A DNA stretch of 64,000 bases from a virus (IMGVR_UViG_3300032007_000037:67167-131166); one strand, 5' to 3'; positions 27,869 through 38,977 are shown, counted from the first letter of the stretch. Translations and numbers: made by a program. Notes: generated from the sequence alone by a model not told the origin.

Positions 27869-28018
27869 ATGTTCTGCAAATACAAGGGTAAAGAATGTCC
27901 TTATGCTGGTAGTATGAAGATAGCAGGTTGTAAGGAATGGGGAGAAACAGAAGGTATTCATGAATATACTATCTGTTACAATGATGGGATTGGCAGAGAT
28001 GTAACTAAATGTAAATGA
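27869..28018 (+). CDS. small Cys-rich hypothetical protein (49 aa)
   Basis: MFCKYKGKECPYAG...CYNDGIGRDVTKCK. Fills the gap. Confidence 0.55.
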   Translation: MFCKYKGKECPYAGSMKIAGCKEWGETEGIHEYTICYNDGIGRDVTKCK

Positions 28019-28019
28019 T

Positions 28020-28487
28020 ATGATAGAACTGAATGAGAAAACCCAACAGGATTTCCTTAATAGGGAGTGGGTACAAAGACTCTTGGAGGCAGGAGTTGAT
28101 ATGAGTGATGCTAAGTATTACATAGTTTATGACATAAATGAGCAGCGAGACTATATTAGATTTGGTAAGCAGCCTTTAACATTTGCTTGTACCCACATAC
28201 GACAAATTCCTACCTACACAGTGTCAGAATTACTCTATAAGCTGCATGAATGGATATATCCTACTATTGATGGGGAAGAATACTCTGGAGGATTGAAGGT
28301 ATCAAAGGATGCTCCTTTTTATATTGCCCACTACGATTTGAAAAATAAAGAGGATAATGCGCAACATGAGGAATTCTATGCAAAATCAAAGTATCCTATT
28401 GAATCCCTTGCTATGCTATTAATCCAATGTCATAAGAAATATATTGGCATTAAAACAAAGGACACTAAAAATATTGATAATAAGTGA
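28020..28487 (+). CDS. hypothetical protein
   Basis: 155-aa ORF with L.EAGVD.S and IPTYTVSELL.KL. Confidence 0.7.
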   Translation: MIELNEKTQQDFLNREWVQRLLEAGVDMSDAKYYIVYDINEQRDYIRFGKQPLTFACTHIRQIPTYTVSELLYKLHEWIYPTIDGEEYSGGLKVSKDAPFYIAHYDLKNKEDNAQHEEFYAKSKYPIESLAMLLIQCHKKYIGIKTKDTKNIDNK

Positions 28488-28511
28488 TTATGAAATTAAA
28501 ATAGTACAAGG

Positions 28512-29003
28512 ATGGTATTGAACGAGAGGGGTAACATAAAACAGTTTAATCTGGTATGTTATCCAATAGATTTTACAGTGGTCATAGGTGAACTGGAAAA
28601 GGAAGTAAATAAAATCTACAGACCCTATGAAGAGGAGTATAAAGATGCATGGATCATAGCTCCTAAATCTACAGGCACAACTTATAGGGTATTAGAAAGA
28701 AAGACGGGTATACCATGTGTTCTCATATGGATTAAGAAGGTAGAAGAATTTACGTCATCTATTGTATCTCATGAGTGTGGACATGCTGCCTTGGAAATTT
28801 GGAATTATATCAAATCGGAAGTGTTTCTTACCAATCAGGAGCCCTTCTGCTATTTATTAGGGAATCTTGTCAGATTGGCTGTAGGATGCTTTTATGAGAT
28901 TCCAGGCATTAAACCTCCTGTAATCGAGGAAGATGCCTTTAATAATCCGAAAAGAGGTAAGAACAAATCAAAAAAGAAAAAAGACAATGCAGAATTACAG
29001 TAA
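28512..29003 (+). CDS. putative zinc metallopeptidase (HExxH)
   Basis: VSHECGHAA and a downstream QEPFCY third-ligand motif. Confidence 0.65.
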   Translation: MVLNERGNIKQFNLVCYPIDFTVVIGELEKEVNKIYRPYEEEYKDAWIIAPKSTGTTYRVLERKTGIPCVLIWIKKVEEFTSSIVSHECGHAALEIWNYIKSEVFLTNQEPFCYLLGNLVRLAVGCFYEIPGIKPPVIEEDAFNNPKRGKNKSKKKKDNAELQ

Positions 29004-29361
29004 TACAGGAATAGAGCATGATTCGTATAAAGCCCCCTGGAATCAGAAAGACCAGAAAGAGGAGGAATTCCAATGTCTGTGCAGTCAGACACTCAGTAAA
29101 TCAGCCTTAATATTCTCCAGTTCCTATACCCCTATAGCAGAAGACGGAGTTGTCTATAGTGATACTGCTAACATAGACTGGGAAGAAGAATATCATGACA
29201 ATGACCACTATACTCCTCTACAGTTAATAGGGCTCTTTAAGCAGTGTCTTGAAGAAAATTTAAAGAATGGACTGGTATTTAAAAATCCAGGAGTCACACA
29301 AAGACTGATTGAAGAGTGTGAAGGATGGACAGAAGATGAAACTGAATATGTAGAAGGATAA
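28987..29361 (+). CDS. hypothetical protein
   Basis: APWNQ, SQTLSK and TPLQLI motifs. ATG 28987 is the more plausible start. Confidence 0.65.
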   Translation: MQNYSNTGIEHDSYKAPWNQKDQKEEEFQCLCSQTLSKSALIFSSSYTPIAEDGVVYSDTANIDWEEEYHDNDHYTPLQLIGLFKQCLEENLKNGLVFKNPGVTQRLIEECEGWTEDETEYVEG

Positions 29362-29363
29362 TT

Positions 29364-29573
29364 ATGGATTATTTAACAGTATTGAATTTTTCAACAGGTG
29401 AAGTAGATATCTATCCTACGGAATTTGACCAAGAACAACAGGATAATGATGTTTTAAGCTTTTTAAATCATAGGGAAAGCGATTGTCACTGGATGTATGG
29501 AAAGAAAGTAACACTACATAGCGATATTATAAAAGATGGAGATATACAACGATATTTGGAAAGTAATCCCTGA
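29364..29573 (+). CDS. hypothetical protein
   Basis: 69-aa ORF with VLNFSTGEV and SDCHWM. Confidence 0.65.
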   Translation: MDYLTVLNFSTGEVDIYPTEFDQEQQDNDVLSFLNHRESDCHWMYGKKVTLHSDIIKDGDIQRYLESNP

Positions 29574-29865
29574 TACAGATAACAAATATGAAGTATGCGA
29601 CAGGGGTATTGTACGAAGAATATTCTATAAAAAAGATGGTAGTGTGAGAACCAAAAGAGAACTTCATCCTATTAAGAATTGTGGCTCATTAAGAGTATGG
29701 ATAAAAAGATATGGGAAATGGGCATATTTTTGTGTTCATAGACTTGTAGCAGAAGGATTTATTGAAGGGTTTGATCTCTTTAATCTTTCCTTGAGAGTAA
29801 AACATATTGACGGTAACATTAATAATAATTTTGTATCAAACCTTAAAATAGTAAAAAAATTATGA
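29536..29865 (+). CDS. NUMOD4-HNH endonuclease-like protein
   Basis: IWKVIP..KYEV, VHRLVAEGF and VKHIDGNINNNFVSNL. Confidence 0.75.
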   Translation: MEIYNDIWKVIPDTDNKYEVCDRGIVRRIFYKKDGSVRTKRELHPIKNCGSLRVWIKRYGKWAYFCVHRLVAEGFIEGFDLFNLSLRVKHIDGNINNNFVSNLKIVKKL

Positions 29866-30146
29866 TTGATTTAGTTAAACTGGTTACTGATACTGAAAAT
29901 ACTGTTAAAAAAATTATAACTTCTTCTGAAAAGTATGCAAAAGGTTTGAGAGAATTGGAAGATCGGGGCTTTTCAGATAAAGGTATGTTAGAAAAATGTA
30001 TTGAAATTACTGCTATACAGTCACAGCAGATTAGATTCTTAGCCACTATTTGTTTATCTTATGTAAAAACTGAAAAGTTTGCAAGTGACTTGGCTATAGC
30101 AACAGTATTACAGAACAAAAAAGAAAAGAATAAAGAAAATGAGTAA
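29862..30146 (+). CDS. hypothetical protein
   Basis: 94-aa ORF with an ATGA overlap. Confidence 0.6.
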   Translation: MIDLVKLVTDTENTVKKIITSSEKYAKGLRELEDRGFSDKGMLEKCIEITAIQSQQIRFLATICLSYVKTEKFASDLAIATVLQNKKEKNKENE

Positions 30147-30372
30147 AATTGCAGTTGTTCTATGGGCTCTTACACTTATAGGAGGTTTGACGTATAGTTT
30201 TTTTCGTATGTTTTCAGAAAAGAGACTATTTAAAAAAGATAGGTATAATCCAATATTAGGGAAAATAACAAAAGAACAAGATACCTTATTTCTATCTTTT
30301 TTGTGTGGTACTGCAACTTTTCTTATTGTAGTGTTAATTGTTAGAATTATACTTGTGTATTTTGTAGAGTGA
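30139..30372 (+). CDS. small two-TM membrane protein
   Basis: Two hydrophobic helices separated by a basic loop. Confidence 0.6.
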   Translation: MSKIAVVLWALTLIGGLTYSFFRMFSEKRLFKKDRYNPILGKITKEQDTLFLSFLCGTATFLIVVLIVRIILVYFVE

Positions 30373-30378
30373 TAAATT

Positions 30379-30552
30379 ATGATAAGACATAAATGGATTA
30401 TTGGATTAAGAAACAAAGTATCTTCCTTGGCAGGAGAATGTGATTCAGCAGCTGCTATAGAAGGCAGTAAGCTTACAACATCTGAAAGACAGAAAATTCA
30501 GACAAACTTGAGAAAAATAGTAGAGTATATTGATAGTAAACTGTTTAATTGA
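30379..30552 (+). CDS. small hypothetical protein (57 aa)
   Basis: MIRHKWIIGLRNKV...YIDSKLFN. Fills the gap. Confidence 0.55.
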   Translation: MIRHKWIIGLRNKVSSLAGECDSAAAIEGSKLTTSERQKIQTNLRKIVEYIDSKLFN

Positions 30553-30553
30553 A

Positions 30554-30832
30554 ATGGAAAAATTAAAGATATTATTTGCAGTAACAATCATATTGTTATT
30601 TACATGTTGCGCAGACTCTAAAACATTTGAAAAGGCTGATGGTACAAAATTCACAGCCGAACCTTATGGATGGATGAACACATCTAGAAAGATTGAAGGA
30701 GTTAAATATGATATTAACGCTGGCAATCTTGTGTGGAGTATACTATTAAGTGAAACCTTAGTGGTTCCAGTATTGTTAACTGGCGAAGCATTTTATGAGC
30801 CTGTAGCCTATGAAGAAGTTGAAGGAAATTAG
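30554..30832 (+). CDS. putative lipoprotein / membrane protein
   Basis: Signal peptide with lipobox-like Cys (MEKLKILFAVTIILLFTCC), EPYGW and a hydrophobic GNLVWSILLSETLVVPV segment. Confidence 0.7.
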   Translation: MEKLKILFAVTIILLFTCCADSKTFEKADGTKFTAEPYGWMNTSRKIEGVKYDINAGNLVWSILLSETLVVPVLLTGEAFYEPVAYEEVEGN

Positions 30833-30983
30833 CATTAAAGAGTTTGTACAGACTATAAAAAATACTGCCATCCCAACTGTAACGTCTTTAGGAAACGGAT
30901 TGTACAGATTGCCTGACGGAATTATAACAAATTTGAATGGTCTTAAGAAATTTGATAAGCAAGTAAGAAAACATGAAAACTAG
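30810..30983 (+). CDS. small hypothetical protein (57 aa)
   Basis: MKKLKEISIKEF...SLGNGLYRLPDGIIT.. Confidence 0.55.
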   Translation: MKKLKEISIKEFVQTIKNTAIPTVTSLGNGLYRLPDGIITNLNGLKKFDKQVRKHEN

Positions 30984-31057
30984 ATTACAATCTTATTTAC
31001 CAAAAACCTGATTATGGTAAGATATAATCATTCCCTTTCTTTTTACAATTAAACCCT

Positions 31058-31119
31058 TTACCGAGGATAAAGATTTTTATTAAGTGCTGATATGCTTTAA
31101 GCTTAATATATTATCTTTG
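31058..31119 (+). promoter_or_regulatory. promoter of the virion RNAP operon
   Basis: ATTAAG (31079) and TATCTTTG (31112-31119). ATG at 31145. Confidence 0.65.
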
Positions 31120-31144
31120 CCTCAAAATATAAATCATACTATCT

Positions 31145-34100
31145 ATGAGCGATATTATTTGTCATTTCTCTCCTAAAGGAGGTATAGATGATAGAATTTC
31201 ACAAGTCCTGACAGGTTATTCAAAAGAGGATATTGGAGCATTGAGAGGTCTTTATGATATGGATCATAAGAAGCCCCTTGTTGTTATTCTTGAAGGTTCT
31301 GACGAGACTAAAATGTTCTCTGGCGAGGATGTTTTAGCAGCTGCTAATGAACTTATGAAATATAAGAATTCTCAAGCTGAAAGACATCTTAAAGAAATGA
31401 AAAGGACGACTAACCATATGGCTAATACGTTTAATCAGCTTTATCACGTAGATGGTTGGAACGCTACTACTCGTAGAAATCGTATTAATATGGTAGCTGC
31501 TGAGTTTACTGCGGAAGTTAGTCGTAGATTGAAAGAGGCTGAAGCTGAAGGTGTCTCTTTAACTAGGGAGCAGGTAATCAACGGATATAAGTCTAATGGG
31601 CAATTTCAGCACGGTCAATTTAGCATTTTTGAGTCTGTCTTTGATAAATTAATGGCTCGTTTTAATAATGCTAGAAAGTTGTTAGCCAAAGCAGAAACCC
31701 TCTCACAAGAGAAACTCGACTCTCTTAAAGAAGAAGATAAACAGAAGATTAGAAATGCCAAACTTATAGCGCAAGAATATCCTAAGATTCTTTCTAATTG
31801 GTCAGCATTGGCAACCTTCGCAAGAATGTCTTTAAGAGATACTGAAAGCCTTAAACTTGGTCAGAATTTGGAGTATGCTTCTCCAACCTCTCCTGATAAT
31901 TTTACAATGGATTCTCCAATGGAGGATTATTATAATCTGGAAGAATCTGTAAGAGAGGCATGGATGGTACATCAGTCTGAAACCTCAGCTTTTGGTTCTT
32001 TGGGTTCTGAAATAAGAAGATTTTTATCTACAATCAACCAAGTTGATGGTAATGGCCAAACGGTGAAAGATGATTTAGGCTATGCCATTAAGATGGATCC
32101 TATTACTTCTCATCAGTATTTAGCAGAGATACTTAGAGGTGTAACTTCTGAAAGTGCAATGATAAAAAAGTTAAGATCATTGTCCGATGACCCTATGGTA
32201 AATGCCATACTTACAGCTCTAGCTAAGGCTTCTCAGGCTGATTTGTCTAAATCTATTGATGACACAAACAGACCTAAAAATCCTGTTATTCTGACACAGC
32301 TACTTCTTGACATGCATAAGAATATGATTCCATATTCTGCGTTGGTAAGAAATAAGGTTGGAAAGATTATTGCCAAAATATTAAATAAAGAAGCCAATTC
32401 ACTTGAGGACGAGTTTGTATTGAGAATGCAAATTAATCAACAACTTGATAAAGGCTCATCAATATATAGTGAAAAAGGTACAGTAGATTGGGAAAAATTG
32501 GCCCAATGGAATGTAGAATCTTCGTTGCTATTACCCTCTCCTAATAAGGAAGAAAAAGAGAGTAAGAATATCTTTGCATCTCAACAATTTTATAGGACAG
32601 GATTTTATGGTAATACTTTTAATAAAATTCAGAGACGGGAATATCTTAAACGAGCCTCTCAATCTTTAGGTATTCCTATGACTGATAAGGCTGCTTATAA
32701 GATTCTTGGTAATAAGGCACTATTAAGTGCATATACAAAAGCTCTTCAAGAATTTAGAACTGAAACTAGAAATGCGTTTAGGGGTGATGTCCTTGATAAA
32801 CTTAAAGTTCTTGAGACTTTTTGGAAGACAGAACATCCTACAATGGAACAAAAGGCTGAGTATAGAGAAGCTTTAGCTGACTTAAACAATAGAAATATAA
32901 AGTTTAACGGAAAAGGAGATACATTTTTAGGCAAAACCTATGGAGGTAATCAGCAGCGGTCTAAAGGCGCTGGTATGGATAGGGTTATCAAGATGCTTGG
33001 TATATTAGCGTCTGTTACCAATAATCTTAAGACAGAGCGCAGAGTCCCTTGGTTTGATAGAAAAGGAAAGACTAATTCCAGATATTCGGATAGAACCCCT
33101 TCTTATATGGGAGACTTGGTAGATAAGCTTCATGAGTTTGTAGCTGAAGGTGATGCGCAAGGTCTGAAAGATTTCATTATGGATAAATGGGGACAATCTT
33201 CGTTCTTCTATGATAAGTCTACAGGTAAGTTCTTGAATAAGTGGCTTCAAGAACTGTATGACTCTATAACAAAAGATTCTAAAGTTAATAATGATGCAAT
33301 GGCTAAAGTCTTTAAATTTGATGAATTTTTAGGATCTAACATTGATAAGACTGTATCTATTTTTGAAAACTTTACGGAGAAGCAACATGCTGAAGCTATG
33401 CTTAAGCAATTCTTACAGGAAAGAGACAATAATAAAAAATCTACTTTAGCTAAGTATCCTTGCTTTATTCTTGGAGATTCAGGTGCTCAGATGTTTTTTA
33501 CTGCTCATCATTATAGTAAAGCTGAAATACTTGAAGGATTAAAGGACGTTGCCAAGCAAGAAAGAGAAAGAATTAAGTATGTTAAGGCTACCAATGAAGT
33601 TCTTGAAAAGGGTGGTTTTAAGAAGATTGATAATTTCTCTCAGACTGCCAATGAATTTACTATGCTAAAGTTTCTTAATAGTGACTTTGAGAATGGTAAA
33701 TATTGGAAGATTCTTACTGGTAATCAAGATATGACAGATGCTGAAATGAAGGCTTTGGATAAGTCTAAAGCTGTACAACAAGCATTAGAATCGTTTGAGA
33801 ACCAGTCTTTGGAGGAAGCTTTAAATGTTTATATGCAAGATGCTCTTGATAAGTTTAATAAAAAGCTTGCATCTGTAGGAATTTTGACGGAGGTTAAGGG
33901 AGAAGGGGGAGTTATTAGTTATAAAGATACTAAGGGTTACTTCAATCAAAATCTTGATCTATATGGAAATAACATAGAAGAGATGTTGGAAGATTTCTTC
34001 TGGAATACCAAGTATGCTACTATAGAACAACTTCAACTCTTTACTGTTGATCCTGCTTTCTATGACCATAGGTATCCTGTAAAAGACTTACAGAAACGCT

Positions 34101-37100
34101 ATAAAGAAATTTATGCTCCAGGTAAAGGCATATCTTTGGAGGCAAGAGATTATAAAGGTAATCTTTATGTGAATAGGCCCTTTGAGAAGGCTGTTTACTT
34201 TGATGATATATCTGTTAGTTCTGAAGATGTTAACCCTGCTTTCTGGAATATGCTTAAAGAGACTTTTAAAGGCCAACCTGAGGTGCTGAATGCCTACAAA
34301 AAGAATTCTCTTACCGATGGTCAGGGATACAGGTCTTTAAAGAGCTACAGAGCCGTTATGGGCATGGCAGGACAATGGACCCCTGCAATGGAAAGTGCCT
34401 ATAATAGAATTATGGACATTAGGAATAGTGGACAGCCCATTACTGAAGAAGACATTAGGGAGCTTGCACAGCTTGCTACAATTTTCCAGCCTATCAAACC
34501 TTATATGTTTACCTTGGAGAAGCTTCAAATTAATGATGATGGTGACACTGCTTTAATTCCTGTGCAGCATAAATATGCAGAAGTAGTATTAATCCCAGAA
34601 CTGATGCTGGATGGCAAACTGAAAGATGTTGCGCAGTGGATGGAGGATAATGATGTTGACCTTGTAGCTTCTACTAAGTGTGTTAAAGTTGGGGCTTTTG
34701 GTAGTGTTGATCTTAAGGGTGTTGATACTGCTGATGCTATTCAAGGAACACTTAACAGGGCATTCATTCACAATCTTTCATGGGCAGACTATAGAATTCA
34801 GTCAGGTGTACCTGAGCATTTAAATCATGCTCAATTATTTGGTACTCAGATAAGAAAATTAATTCTTGCTAACATTAATAAGAAAGATGATTATCAGCGA
34901 TATTTGAAGAATATCTTTAGGCAGACTACCGACGATCCTTTAGGATTGAAAGTAGCTCTTCCTGGAATGGGCAATGTTCATCTAAACGGCAGAAATCTAA
35001 TCAGCTTTTATAATTGTCTGATAATGGCTAATCTCTTTGATAGCTATGATGATTTTGCTAACAATGCCGCTACTAATCAGGAACTTTCTGATAAGATGAT
35101 TCAAAACATTACTTCCAATGCTAATCAGGCCGAAGATAATGCATTTGGTTTATCTCTTATTGATGAAGGTGATAATGCTGGGGACTTTGTAGTACCTCCA
35201 GGGGAGCCGGGAATGGAACATGATGCTGCTGCTTTATTATGGTCTTTATTCAAAAAGGCTGTTAACAAACAGAAGATTAAAGGAGGCTCGGCTGTTCAGG
35301 CTTCTCCTTGGGGTCTGGCAGAAACAAAAGCGTCTGATTTTATTTCTGGAAAAAGAGCTACTGAATGTGGCGATTTGTTTGAGGTGGTTAGTCCTGAAGG
35401 CGACAATGTTCTTTATGATGAAATAGAGATGCCTTTTAATCTCAGCTATACTGCTCCTGGAAGAAATGGTAAAAGAGGTAAGACTGTACCTTTAAGGTTT
35501 GAAGATTGGTGTAATACTGATGGAACCCTCAAGCTGTCCGACCAAATAGTCTATGGAGAAGATGCAAGAGAGTATCTATCTTGGCCTGTAAGTGGTAGGG
35601 ATAAGTTTGGTAAGGCTATTGATCCTGAACAGGGTTATTACATACCTCTTATTGAAACTAAATATAAAGGCATTCTTGATATTATAGCTTATCGTATTCC
35701 TACTGAAAGGGATTACTCCATGATTAACTGTAAAGTGTTCAGGTTCAGTAATCCTCTTGCAGGTGGTACAATGAAAGTCCCTTCTTCTAGAACTACCACT
35801 GCTGGTTTTGACTTTGATATTGATAAACTCTACTTCTTTATGAGAGAGTTTGCTCAAACACATCTATCAAAAAAGCAAATTAATGATATCTGGAACGCTA
35901 TCTATGGTTTGAAGTTTGATAAAGGAGGGGAAATAATAGGAGGTAATGAAATATATCAAGCTCTTAAGCAAGCAAAAGCATTAGATATAGAGGGACAGAA
36001 GAGATTAGGCAGTATTGCAAGCTTGTTTAAAGATAATATGTCTGGCATAGGTGATTTGAACAGTCAGAGAGATGTAGAAAGTGAACTATATGACTACTGG
36101 GAGTCTGCTGGATTAGAAGGCACCCCAGAAGAAGCGTTTACTAAATATCTTGAAAATCATCGCAAAGAATATCCTATATTTGATGTTTATGACCCAACAG
36201 TCTCTCCTTTGAATCCTGTAAAGAATAATAAAGGTGAGGTTGTCACTAAGGGTAATAGTAGAGCAGCAAGAAACAATATGTTGATTGATCTCATGCGTCA
36301 AAGACTGATGGATAAAGAGACATTAAAAGCTAGATATACTCCAGGTGGGTTTGAAAGCAATAGGGATGCTGCTCTTAGAATGAGGGTTCTCCAGTTTGCT
36401 GATAAAGCCAGTATTACCACTGATGGTAAAATTGACTGGTCTAAGGTCGATAGTTATGTTCAGGAGATTAAAGATAAGAAACGGAAAGATCCTGAACCAG
36501 AGTATGATCCTTCAGACCCAACAGCTGTCTTAGTGTATAACCAGCAGAATCAGGTAGCAGCCAAGTTAATTGGTATTTTTGCAAATCAAAATACTAATCA
36601 TGTTTATGCTTCAACTATGCATGAGCTAAAACTTGCTACCCCGCTCTATTTTGGCAACCACACCAAAGAAGGACTTGAAGACATGTTACATGCTCCTGAA
36701 GGTATTGATGTAGATACTAATGTAGCAGAGTATCTGGCTGCTTCTGTAGATGCTGTTAAAGATCCAGTATTAAACTTTTTGAATCTTAACCTAGTAACTG
36801 CTGATGCAGGAGCTTTACTTGCTAGAATTGGGTATACACCTCAAGAGATTGGTTTATTATTCAATCAACCTATTATTAAGGAACTATGTGATTATGCCTC
36901 TAACAACAACGTTGGTACTGACATGGCAATCTCTCAGATGATGTCTAAGTATGGTGGGAAAGACTTTGCTTTCGATAAGAACTTCTTATATGACAAATCT
37001 TCTACCACAACTGATAAATTAGCTGACAATATCATTGAAGCTAGGAATTTTACAGAAAACGGTTCTAAAATGTCAGATGCATTTAAAAGGACTCAACTTC

Positions 37101-38977
37101 ATGTGTTGTGGCTTTTTAATGAGTTAATGGCTGATACAACAGATCTTAACTCTTTTGTTCAATGTACTAGATTTACTGCCGCTAATTCTGTAGGTTCTAC
37201 ATGGGGTGATTTGATTGCCCAAGAAGATAGAGTTAAAAGATTTATCGACAAATATCAGAAAGAGGATGACGCTGATGAGGAAAATGAAGAGAATAAAAAC
37301 AGGAAGAACCAGAAAAGACTTGTTTTCCAATTATTCGATCCTGAAGATAAATCAAACAGAAGTGTTCATGTTGAAAAAGCAAACTTAGGTACTACTAATA
37401 AAGGTATTCTCAATATCGGTGAAGACGTTCTAAGTTTAACACCTGAAGAGTATATGTCTCAGATGTCAAGGAATCCTCTAGCTTTTGAGCAATGTATGAT
37501 GGACTTAACTAGGAAAGCCGCTGAGCAATTATTCTCTAGACATTTCCCATATTCTACAAAACTATATAAGAATATGAGAGATACAATGAACCATCTTACA
37601 AAGTATGGAGTGCTGGACGCAGATGTAATTAATAGCTTGCATAGGGAGTTTATTGTTTACCTGTTATCTAAACAGAAAGGCAGTATCTTCGATGGTGAAG
37701 CCTTGTCTGGATTTGAAATAGAAGATATCCCTGTTACTAACAGAGAGTATTATACCACTCTGTTCCCTAATATTCTTCAGGTGCTTAAATCTGAAAAATT
37801 ACTAGCGAACCACCCATTCTTTGATGCTTTGACCATTACAGGTGATGGGGAGAGTATGGAGAACCTGAAGATTACCGTTCAAGGTATGGGAGGTCTTCAG
37901 ACTAATGCATCTAATATACTTACAGAGATGTGGGCAGAGGCTTATAACTCTGATGATGTTGTCCACAGTGCCATGCTAAACATGGACTTTTCTATTAAAG
38001 ATCTTGCACAAGGCATGTATCTGTATAACTTCTATAAATTAGGTTATAATTTCCATCCTACTTCTACAATGAGTCTTGCACCTACGTTAATGAAGCTGGG
38101 TTTAAGGGTTAATACAGATACAAGAGAAGAAGGTTATATTGATTTTATCAACGATGTTATCAAAGGCAATGTAACAATGGGTGCTGATGATATGATATCG
38201 TTTGCTAAACAATATATCCTTAATCATCTTGACAACAAGAAGATTGTATTCACACCTGTTGGAAATGCTAGAAATGCTTTATCTGGAGCCTACAATACCA
38301 CAACAAATAGTTGGAATGACTCATTTACAATATCTTATGAGCAGCTGCCTAAGAATGTTAGAAGCCTATTTACTCTTAGCGATAGTAGATTAAAAGGTAC
38401 ATTAAAAGCGTTTAGACCTGTTATAGCTATTGAAAGAGATGGAGTCACTGTATATTATATGGCAGATTCCAAATCTGAAATCGGTTTTAATATTACAGCT
38501 ACGGGTGATGGCAGAATGACTTATAAGAGAGTTCATGCTCAAGGTAGTAAAGGTCAACAGATTCAATACTTTGGTCATGCTTCATTTGAGAAGTACCAAC
38601 AAGATGCTGGTAAAGCTAATAGAATGAGTAGTAGCCTTCAACAACAGTCTCAACAAACTGATGTTTCTCAAAATTCTGTAGACACAGATATTATTGATGG
38701 AATACCAATAGAAACTCCAGATGGAAATCATATTGAAGTAGGCCAAGATATATCAGGAATGTTTACTGATGCAGAATGGAGTAAGATGATATCAGACTTT
38801 AGACAGATGTATCCTCAAGATACTCAAGGAGTTCATGATAATGAGATTAAATCGTTACTTATGGACACGTCTGATAATCAGAATGTTGAAATTCTTAACG
38901 ACTTATCAAGAAGACTTGATAGAGGAGAGAAAATGCAGACAATTGATATTGAAGGCAAACCGATAGATGTTTGTTAA
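31145..38977 (+). CDS. virion-packaged single-chain two-barrel DNA-dependent RNA polymerase (crAss-like)
   Basis: 2610 aa. Catalytic loop AGFDFDIDKL, plus TDGQGY, YRIPTE and VDAVKDP motifs. Confidence 0.9.
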   Translation: MSDIICHFSPKGGIDDRISQVLTGYSKEDIGALRGLYDMDHKKPLVVILEGSDETKMFSGEDVLAAANELMKYKNSQAERHLKEMKRTTNHMANTFNQLYHVDGWNATTRRNRINMVAAEFTAEVSRRLKEAEAEGVSLTREQVINGYKSNGQFQHGQFSIFESVFDKLMARFNNARKLLAKAETLSQEKLDSLKEEDKQKIRNAKLIAQEYPKILSNWSALATFARMSLRDTESLKLGQNLEYASPTSPDNFTMDSPMEDYYNLEESVREAWMVHQSETSAFGSLGSEIRRFLSTINQVDGNGQTVKDDLGYAIKMDPITSHQYLAEILRGVTSESAMIKKLRSLSDDPMVNAILTALAKASQADLSKSIDDTNRPKNPVILTQLLLDMHKNMIPYSALVRNKVGKIIAKILNKEANSLEDEFVLRMQINQQLDKGSSIYSEKGTVDWEKLAQWNVESSLLLPSPNKEEKESKNIFASQQFYRTGFYGNTFNKIQRREYLKRASQSLGIPMTDKAAYKILGNKALLSAYTKALQEFRTETRNAFRGDVLDKLKVLETFWKTEHPTMEQKAEYREALADLNNRNIKFNGKGDTFLGKTYGGNQQRSKGAGMDRVIKMLGILASVTNNLKTERRVPWFDRKGKTNSRYSDRTPSYMGDLVDKLHEFVAEGDAQGLKDFIMDKWGQSSFFYDKSTGKFLNKWLQELYDSITKDSKVNNDAMAKVFKFDEFLGSNIDKTVSIFENFTEKQHAEAMLKQFLQERDNNKKSTLAKYPCFILGDSGAQMFFTAHHYSKAEILEGLKDVAKQERERIKYVKATNEVLEKGGFKKIDNFSQTANEFTMLKFLNSDFENGKYWKILTGNQDMTDAEMKALDKSKAVQQALESFENQSLEEALNVYMQDALDKFNKKLASVGILTEVKGEGGVISYKDTKGYFNQNLDLYGNNIEEMLEDFFWNTKYATIEQLQLFTVDPAFYDHRYPVKDLQKRYKEIYAPGKGISLEARDYKGNLYVNRPFEKAVYFDDISVSSEDVNPAFWNMLKETFKGQPEVLNAYKKNSLTDGQGYRSLKSYRAVMGMAGQWTPAMESAYNRIMDIRNSGQPITEEDIRELAQLATIFQPIKPYMFTLEKLQINDDGDTALIPVQHKYAEVVLIPELMLDGKLKDVAQWMEDNDVDLVASTKCVKVGAFGSVDLKGVDTADAIQGTLNRAFIHNLSWADYRIQSGVPEHLNHAQLFGTQIRKLILANINKKDDYQRYLKNIFRQTTDDPLGLKVALPGMGNVHLNGRNLISFYNCLIMANLFDSYDDFANNAATNQELSDKMIQNITSNANQAEDNAFGLSLIDEGDNAGDFVVPPGEPGMEHDAAALLWSLFKKAVNKQKIKGGSAVQASPWGLAETKASDFISGKRATECGDLFEVVSPEGDNVLYDEIEMPFNLSYTAPGRNGKRGKTVPLRFEDWCNTDGTLKLSDQIVYGEDAREYLSWPVSGRDKFGKAIDPEQGYYIPLIETKYKGILDIIAYRIPTERDYSMINCKVFRFSNPLAGGTMKVPSSRTTTAGFDFDIDKLYFFMREFAQTHLSKKQINDIWNAIYGLKFDKGGEIIGGNEIYQALKQAKALDIEGQKRLGSIASLFKDNMSGIGDLNSQRDVESELYDYWESAGLEGTPEEAFTKYLENHRKEYPIFDVYDPTVSPLNPVKNNKGEVVTKGNSRAARNNMLIDLMRQRLMDKETLKARYTPGGFESNRDAALRMRVLQFADKASITTDGKIDWSKVDSYVQEIKDKKRKDPEPEYDPSDPTAVLVYNQQNQVAAKLIGIFANQNTNHVYASTMHELKLATPLYFGNHTKEGLEDMLHAPEGIDVDTNVAEYLAASVDAVKDPVLNFLNLNLVTADAGALLARIGYTPQEIGLLFNQPIIKELCDYASNNNVGTDMAISQMMSKYGGKDFAFDKNFLYDKSSTTTDKLADNIIEARNFTENGSKMSDAFKRTQLHVLWLFNELMADTTDLNSFVQCTRFTAANSVGSTWGDLIAQEDRVKRFIDKYQKEDDADEENEENKNRKNQKRLVFQLFDPEDKSNRSVHVEKANLGTTNKGILNIGEDVLSLTPEEYMSQMSRNPLAFEQCMMDLTRKAAEQLFSRHFPYSTKLYKNMRDTMNHLTKYGVLDADVINSLHREFIVYLLSKQKGSIFDGEALSGFEIEDIPVTNREYYTTLFPNILQVLKSEKLLANHPFFDALTITGDGESMENLKITVQGMGGLQTNASNILTEMWAEAYNSDDVVHSAMLNMDFSIKDLAQGMYLYNFYKLGYNFHPTSTMSLAPTLMKLGLRVNTDTREEGYIDFINDVIKGNVTMGADDMISFAKQYILNHLDNKKIVFTPVGNARNALSGAYNTTTNSWNDSFTISYEQLPKNVRSLFTLSDSRLKGTLKAFRPVIAIERDGVTVYYMADSKSEIGFNITATGDGRMTYKRVHAQGSKGQQIQYFGHASFEKYQQDAGKANRMSSSLQQQSQQTDVSQNSVDTDIIDGIPIETPDGNHIEVGQDISGMFTDAEWSKMISDFRQMYPQDTQGVHDNEIKSLLMDTSDNQNVEILNDLSRRLDRGEKMQTIDIEGKPIDVC

